From Deltaproteobacteria bacterium (GTDB lineage: Bacteria; Myxococcota; SpSt-1050), in contig JAOAFA010000098.1 of the NCBI GenBank assembly GCA_026416535.1, forward strand, positions 12,362 through 76,361: a DNA stretch of 64,000 nucleotides, in the 5' to 3' direction. The position numbers and the translations under genes were made by a program. Under the pieces are notes generated by a model. That model made no database searches, was not told the DNA's origin, and saw only the letters and a program-made list of their open reading frames with translations. How positions within the stretch are numbered: position 1 is the stretch's first letter; every line of letters begins with the position of its first letter. Shown here in pieces: positions 58,097 through 64,000 of the stretch.

Positions 58097-61000
58097 CTAC
58101 CTCTTTTCTAATACTATGACTGAGTTTGAATAACCCTTCTCACCATCTCCATCATAGTCATATGGAACGACTTCACAACTATAAATATCCCCTTTTTTTA
58201 CAAGTCTACCAGGGATGGCAACAGAGGTTGACGCAAAATTGAGCAATTGACCATTTTTATACCAAAAAAACTTATATTTTACTTCGTCCTTTTCAATATC
58301 TTCCGCCGGTTTTATAATATTACATTTTAGCTCATCTCCTTCGAATGGGTATGCAGGTTCAAGCCTTACTACAGGAGCCAAAGGCCTTTTATTCTTTACA
58401 CTAACGACAGCTTCAGCATAATCACTCTTCAACTCCCCATCATATGCATAAACCAGACAGGCATACTTAGTTCCTCTCGTAACTTCATTACTCGAGATCT
58501 TTGTTACATTTTCCTTAAATGGCTTGTCATTCTTTTTCCAACTAAATGTATACGTAATTTTGTCATTATCAACATCTATACTATTCGTAGATATAGTGCA
58601 TAAAAGCTCATCGTTTGTTTGTGGTTCATCAGGGATTATTTTTATCTGCGGTCTTTCAGGTTTCGAATTTACTATACTAATCTCCGAACTCTTAGAACTA
58701 ACAAAAAATTCACCATCGGTCCCAACAACCTCACAATAGACCTTATCGCCCTTTCTAAAATACCCCTTCCTTAAATTGCTTTCTTCAGTAGTCAAAAACA
58801 TAACAGAATTTTTATACCATACATACTTGATCTTTAACTGATCTCCATCTAAATCACTAATAGGTCTTGTCATCTTACATAATAAATCACTAAGCACAGT
58901 AGGATGTTTTGGCTCAATCTCTACAGTTGGAGATACAGGTGGTGAGTTCTTAATATATGTAGAAAGCTCTACAAAATCTCCCTCTATCTCTCCGTCAAAC
59001 GGAACAATTCTTACAATTACATTTTGATTTTTTGCAAAAAATTCAGGTAACAACTCCACTTTGTCTCTACTCTTTTCGATCTCGCGGCCATTGACAAACC
59101 ATCTAATTCTATATTCAACTTTATCACCATCGATATCTACTGACGGCTTCACGATTTTTAATTTAAGCGATTTACCCTTGTCAACAGGGGCAATCTCAAA
59201 GGTAACTTCAGGTTTTGAAGGCGCAGAATTTTTGACTTCGAAAGCGAGGTTGTTGGACTGTGATTTATCAACACCGTCAAAGGCATAAATGCTGACATTC
59301 CATTTCTCATGTTTCTTGAAAATAAATCCCTTTGAATCAAGCTTGTCATCAAGATTCTGTATTCTTTTGCCATTCTGATACCATTCAGTTTTATAGACAA
59401 TATTATCTCCGTCTAAATCGGTAGACCCCTTGTCTATAATAATCTTGGCCTCTTCATTTGTCGTCAAGATACTCTTCTCCATGTGAGCTATAGGGATTGT
59501 AGGTATCGAATTCAGAATTTTTGTTTCAGCTGTTGCCATACCTCCATCTGAAGTATTATCGTTTGGGACAACCTCAACCTTTATAATATCCCCCTTCTTA
59601 AAGTATTTTTGATGTAAAACTGAGCCATCTACATTATTAACAACACTTCCGTTTTTGTACCAGGTATAACGATAATTTATGGGATCCCCATCATAATCAA
59701 TGGACGGTATTTCAATCAATGCCCTAAGCTCAGTCTCTACAGTCGGACTTTTAGGCAATAAGACAACTTTAGGGGATAACGGTGGAGAATTATAAATTTT
59801 TACAGACTTATATACCTCTGGCGAATATAACTCTCCATCAAATGCCTTAACTCCTACCCTTACCTCTTGATTCTTTTTGAAAAACCCTTTCGCAAATTTA
59901 TTATTTTTAAAATCGTAAGGGATGAAAACTCCATCTAACCAAAGGTTGTATATATATGTAAGAGTATCTTTATCGATGTCCGTGGAGTGTCTTGTAATCT
60001 TAACTTCAATCTCTGTCATAATGGTAGGACTTTGGGGAACAATATCAAATTCACAAGGACTTGGTGCAGTATTCTTTACAACAAATTCGATACTTGCTGA
60101 TTTACCAATTTCCTCCCCATCATAAGGAGTCACTATGACAGAAATTCTATCGTTCTTAAAGACATCTGAACCACTAATATAGTTCTGGTCCTCAGAATAC
60201 TCTAATCTACGATTGTTCTTGAAGTAAGAGTATTTATAAACAACTTTATCATTATCATAATCCTTAGAATCTTTAATTATTCTTATATCTACTTTGTTTC
60301 CAGTGAATACCTCGCTCGGATATATCTCAATTTGAGGGGCATCAGGGACGACATTCCTTATTTGTATTTCCGGAGATTTAACTATCTTTGCACCAATACC
60401 CCTACCATACTCTTTAAAATTCTCTTCATCCTGGATCTCTGCATACAACCTATCATGCTTTTTAAAATATTTTGGCTCAATTATTCTCTTACCATCTAAC
60501 TCCTCAACCCTATTCCCATTTTTATACCAATATATTTTAGTATTTTGCTCAGGTCTTCCATCTAAATGAAAATAGCTATATTTAAGTTTAAGTGGTTCAT
60601 TTGAATATACTCTTTCTGACTCAAAACCAACATTATAGATCCTAGCCGAATTAGGGAAATACCTACCCGTCCTATGGGGATCTCTCCCAGCCATTTGCCA
60701 CACCAATTTAGACTTCTTATCACACTTGTTTACCGCTACTAGTGAATGTAATTCTGACTTGGGAGATAAAAATAACATCTCAATCCTTTGATCATTATCT
60801 ATATCATCAATAATTGGAGAAGACTTTAGCTCACCCCCTATTACATACGGAAAATCCTCAAGAGTCTTACCCTTGTTATCTAACGCATATATCCTTCCAT
60901 CAATAGCGGCAAACACTATCTCTAACGACCCATCACAATTTATATCACCTACAACAGGAGAAGAAAATATCTTGCTTCCAGTATCATAAGGAAAACCGTT

Positions 61001-61921
61001 TTTCATCTTTCCTCTATAATCCATTACATAAAGCTTACCATCAGTCGAACCTACTATAATATCAAGAAAACCATCAAGATCTACATCAGCAATAGCTGGT
61101 GACCCATGTATTCTGTAGCCTGTCTCAACAGGAAAGCCCTCAAGCAATTTTCCCTTAACATCTATTGCGTAGATTGAGTAATCCTGCGATGCCACAATAA
61201 GTTCGTTTTTGCCATCATCATTTATATCAGCAAAAACAGGCATCCCGGAAATCACATAGTGAGTCTTAAAGGGGAAATTTTTTAATAATCTGCCTGATGA
61301 ATTTACAACATATACTGAGCCATTTTCACAGCCGAATGCGATACTAAGTTCATTATTTTCACCAAAATAAGCAAAACTACCACTCGTTGTAATAGGGGAA
61401 TCGGTCTTAACAGGAAATCCCTTTAAGACTGAACCATCAGATTTTATACAATAAAATCTTTTATCAGAAGTTCCAAAACATATATCAGGCTTACCATCTC
61501 TATCTAAATCAAAAGATGAGGGGGTAGATATATATCCATCCCCAAACTTCTTTGGAAATCCCTGTAAGATTTTGCCCTCCCCATTCATTATAAAGAAATT
61601 ACCATCCACAGACCCAAACAATATCTCCATTTTACCATCTAGATCCACATCTGCTAATGTAGGAGAATAGATAATCTCAACTTTCTCCTTTAGCTCAAAA
61701 GGCGCCCATGAACAAATACTACCATCTGATTTCCAACACTCCAATCTACCACTCGCAAAAAATAATATCTCTTTCTCCTCATCCGAGTCGATGTTGCCTA
61801 TAACAGGGAATTGAAAAGAAGGGACACCAATTATTTTAGCAGGAAAGCCTTGAGTACTTCTTACCGCAAAAACGTTTGGTATTTGTGAGAAGATTAATAA
61901 CAAATAAAAGTATCTTTTCAC
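58097..61921 (-). CDS. Large exported protein: FG-GAP-type beta-propeller plus about nine tandem Ig-like repeats
   Basis: Signal peptide; repeated SP...D-x-D/N-x-D-G...GFP blades; then roughly 95-aa repeats starting N-x-x-P-x-x-P with D-x-D-x-D...Y-x-W-x-K-N...DG. Confidence 0.8.
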   Translation of the reverse strand: MKRYFYLLLIFSQIPNVFAVRSTQGFPAKIIGVPSFQFPVIGNIDSDEEKEILFFASGRLECWKSDGSICSWAPFELKEKVEIIYSPTLADVDLDGKMEILFGSVDGNFFIMNGEGKILQGFPKKFGDGYISTPSSFDLDRDGKPDICFGTSDKRFYCIKSDGSVLKGFPVKTDSPITTSGSFAYFGENNELSIAFGCENGSVYVVNSSGRLLKNFPFKTHYVISGMPVFADINDDGKNELIVASQDYSIYAIDVKGKLLEGFPVETGYRIHGSPAIADVDLDGFLDIIVGSTDGKLYVMDYRGKMKNGFPYDTGSKIFSSPVVGDINCDGSLEIVFAAIDGRIYALDNKGKTLEDFPYVIGGELKSSPIIDDIDNDQRIEMLFLSPKSELHSLVAVNKCDKKSKLVWQMAGRDPHRTGRYFPNSARIYNVGFESERVYSNEPLKLKYSYFHLDGRPEQNTKIYWYKNGNRVEELDGKRIIEPKYFKKHDRLYAEIQDEENFKEYGRGIGAKIVKSPEIQIRNVVPDAPQIEIYPSEVFTGNKVDIRIIKDSKDYDNDKVVYKYSYFKNNRRLEYSEDQNYISGSDVFKNDRISVIVTPYDGEEIGKSASIEFVVKNTAPSPCEFDIVPQSPTIMTEIEVKITRHSTDIDKDTLTYIYNLWLDGVFIPYDFKNNKFAKGFFKKNQEVRVGVKAFDGELYSPEVYKSVKIYNSPPLSPKVVLLPKSPTVETELRALIEIPSIDYDGDPINYRYTWYKNGSVVNNVDGSVLHQKYFKKGDIIKVEVVPNDNTSDGGMATAETKILNSIPTIPIAHMEKSILTTNEEAKIIIDKGSTDLDGDNIVYKTEWYQNGKRIQNLDDKLDSKGFIFKKHEKWNVSIYAFDGVDKSQSNNLAFEVKNSAPSKPEVTFEIAPVDKGKSLKLKIVKPSVDIDGDKVEYRIRWFVNGREIEKSRDKVELLPEFFAKNQNVIVRIVPFDGEIEGDFVELSTYIKNSPPVSPTVEIEPKHPTVLSDLLCKMTRPISDLDGDQLKIKYVWYKNSVMFLTTEESNLRKGYFRKGDKVYCEVVGTDGEFFVSSKSSEISIVNSKPERPQIKIIPDEPQTNDELLCTISTNSIDVDNDKITYTFSWKKNDKPFKENVTKISSNEVTRGTKYACLVYAYDGELKSDYAEAVVSVKNKRPLAPVVRLEPAYPFEGDELKCNIIKPAEDIEKDEVKYKFFWYKNGQLLNFASTSVAIPGRLVKKGDIYSCEVVPYDYDGDGEKGYSNSVIVLEKR

Positions 61922-62007
61922 ACTAACCTCCCAAACACATGTTAAGTAAATATATCATTTATAAAGACTTTTCAATCAGTTTTATGCTCTTTAGTCTCAA
62001 CCACAAA

Positions 62008-62370
62008 TTAAGTTCTACAGGTATATGTTCTTAGAAATTCATCAATGCGTCTTTCATCAGCGGGTGAAATCTTAATAAATTCAATACCCATGCCAGGTTC
62101 ATGATATACATCATCTATCTTATCCTTATCATTAACCCATTTCACCCTACCAACAGCAAGGATGACTCTATTATCGCCCGGCAATTGAAAACTCATAGTC
62201 AATTCTTGACCCTGTTCGAATAGAAAATCAGATATAAGAAAGGCACCTCCTTTGCTCAAATTCTTTGTAAAGAAATATATTATTCCAGCAGCGTTCGACA
62301 TACCAGCCTTAATTTCAACTTTAAGAGGACCCCTTAGGTGTCTTCTCTTATCAATCTCCTTTTTTCTCAT
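62008..62370 (-). CDS. Stand-alone PilZ domain protein (TIGR02266-like)
   Basis: RRHLR (RxxxR), NLSKGG, PGMGIEF; GGAGG RBS. Confidence 0.9.
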   Translation of the reverse strand: MRKKEIDKRRHLRGPLKVEIKAGMSNAAGIIYFFTKNLSKGGAFLISDFLFEQGQELTMSFQLPGDNRVILAVGRVKWVNDKDKIDDVYHEPGMGIEFIKISPADERRIDEFLRTYTCRT

Positions 62371-62383
62371 TTAGTACCCTCCG

Positions 62384-63391
62384 TTAAAAAACAATTCTTT
62401 GTAGATTAGAATTTCTAACAATGGTAATACTTCTCTCATTTTTGCAAAGATCGTATTCGTATATCTTTTTTAGCGAGTATAATCCATATACATTTATTCC
62501 ACATAACGAAAGAATCAAGTCTCCATTTTTAAGCTCAAGTCCATATATAAAATTGAAGCTCCCATCAACATATAAAATACCACATGAATACTGCCTCATA
62601 ACATTAAAGTGCTCTTTCCATCCACCGTCATAAATAGAATCAAATAAAAGCTCACCTTTTATTTCATTTTCAACATCTATCTTCTCTATCTTACAGAGGT
62701 TATTACCACCATCCTGATAGTTATAAACCATCTGGAATAAATTGGTAATATACTTCAGTTCTACAGTGGTATTTACGTAATTCACTAATGAACTACTAGT
62801 TAACTCATTAACAACCTGCAAAAGAACTGTATTTTGATGATTATATAAAGGTCCTAATGGATCCACAGAGATAACACTCGCCCTGAAAGAAAATCTGTCT
62901 TCATATAATGGCTCTTTTTTTGAATAATAATAAAGTTTTGTAAGTAATTTATAAACAATTTGTGAATCCCTTGAAGTTTGACCACCCATTATATGTGTAC
63001 CCGAAAGCTCACTCAAAGATAAAGCGGATTCTTCAATTATTACATTTTCAATAAAAATCGCTTGCTCAGGTCGTATATTAACTAGAGAAAGAATTTTATA
63101 TAAATCCGAGCACATAAATATTTCATGAGCGAGGCAATCTCTCTCAAGCCTATATTCAAACGGGAGAAGAATAAAATAATTACTTATCCTAGCAATATTA
63201 TCTGCCACCTCGTTATGAATCCTATATATTTGTGAATTCTTTAGCTCAAAGTTAGACTTTAATGGAAGAAATACAATTGCCCTTATATTGCGTAATTCAT
63301 CTTCTGATAATTTTAGATTGATTTTTTTTGTGCCACAAGATAATGAAAAAGAGAAAAAAATAAAGAAAAGAAAAGTTATCTTTTGGCACAA
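62384..63391 (-). CDS. Hypothetical lipoprotein with possible degenerate PDZ-like C-terminus
   Basis: Lipobox SLSC; C-terminal LKNGDLILSLCG...ITIVRN. Confidence 0.55.
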   Translation of the reverse strand: MCQKITFLFFIFFSFSLSCGTKKINLKLSEDELRNIRAIVFLPLKSNFELKNSQIYRIHNEVADNIARISNYFILLPFEYRLERDCLAHEIFMCSDLYKILSLVNIRPEQAIFIENVIIEESALSLSELSGTHIMGGQTSRDSQIVYKLLTKLYYYSKKEPLYEDRFSFRASVISVDPLGPLYNHQNTVLLQVVNELTSSSLVNYVNTTVELKYITNLFQMVYNYQDGGNNLCKIEKIDVENEIKGELLFDSIYDGGWKEHFNVMRQYSCGILYVDGSFNFIYGLELKNGDLILSLCGINVYGLYSLKKIYEYDLCKNERSITIVRNSNLQRIVF

Positions 63392-63395
63392 ATTA

Positions 63396-63863
63396 TCAGA
63401 AACCTCCAGTCATGGCAAAAAAGGCCTTAATCTTCTCATTGGTTTCTCTCAGTCTATGACTAAGTGTTTTCAATAGCGACCACATAACAAAATAAGCTAA
63501 ATCTCTATCACTTTGGAGCATATCGACAAAATCATCTCTATAAATTTCAAACAATTCACAATCTGTATGCGCAATTGCAGTTGCTGAACGTGGAAATGCA
63601 TCGATAAGACTCATCTCACCAAAATACGAACCTTCATTTAAAATACTTAGAGCCTCCTCTCCCACACCTGAGATAAATTTGGAGATTCTAACCTGTCCCT
63701 TCTCTAACAAGTACATTCTATCACCAGTTGAACCTTCATTAAATATTACGCTCTGTGCCGGGAAACTTACTGTTCTAACAACATTTGTGATGGGCAACAA
63801 TATATCCCTGGGGATTTGAGAGAATATTCCAAATCGCTTTAGTTGTTCTGGTGTAACAGGCAT
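63396..63863 (-). CDS. Stand-alone cyclic nucleotide-binding domain protein
   Basis: IFNEG, G-x-V, FGEMSL, PRSATA phosphate-binding cassette; no HTH; GGAGG RBS. Confidence 0.9.
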   Translation of the reverse strand: MPVTPEQLKRFGIFSQIPRDILLPITNVVRTVSFPAQSVIFNEGSTGDRMYLLEKGQVRISKFISGVGEEALSILNEGSYFGEMSLIDAFPRSATAIAHTDCELFEIYRDDFVDMLQSDRDLAYFVMWSLLKTLSHRLRETNEKIKAFFAMTGGF

Positions 63864-64000
63864 ATAACCTCCAGAAACAAACTTTTATTAAAATATAATA
63901 ATTCAAACCAATTACAAAAGCAACAATTTAATTTGAATTCATCTAGATTCATGGTATCCTCTACCACTACAAAAGCGTCCAATTGTATGATGGAAAGACA

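Noticed and set aside
58097-60650. DNA-level tandem repeat or CRISPR-like array
   Set aside because: The periodicity is only at protein level (diverged Ig-like domains); I saw no identical nucleotide repeats with spacers.
63864-64000. Possible 3' end of a gene entering from the right edge
   Set aside because: Too short to fix a frame or product.

Overview
AT-rich bacterial chromosomal window with about 45 genes, nearly all on the minus strand (only the sugar kinase, the hybrid kinase, smc and corA are on +). I saw no mobile element, CRISPR array or rRNA; there is one tRNA-Arg(CCG). Myxobacteria-type signature genes point to a low-GC member or relative of Myxococcota: a gltA/B-C-D-E-F-G-H (Glt/Nfs-type) envelope operon, two stand-alone PilZ proteins, a stand-alone rplC and an exported protease with a DAG-rich linker and GCSC tail. 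Several genes suggest an anaerobic lifestyle (inference): the methanogen-type DUF39/NIL-ferredoxin/UPF0280 homocysteine module, MetH without its reactivation domain, split PurH and a split class I fumarase. Best candidates for something new: (1) a SusCD-independent alpha-glucan capture operon (DOMON-like protein, unassigned beta-barrel, lipoprotein) with a lipoprotein GH13 amylase on the far side of smc; (2) a fused Glt/Nfs-like operon in an apparent anaerobe, followed by CYTH-ppk1-sixA, with three Pho-box-like repeats at 11-bp period before ppk1; (3) two PilZ genes each directly upstream of a multi-Ig surface protein; (4) an apparently leaderless hybrid pseudokinase; (5) a TM-less GCSC C-terminal signal. 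All family calls come from motif recognition by eye; no database searches were run.
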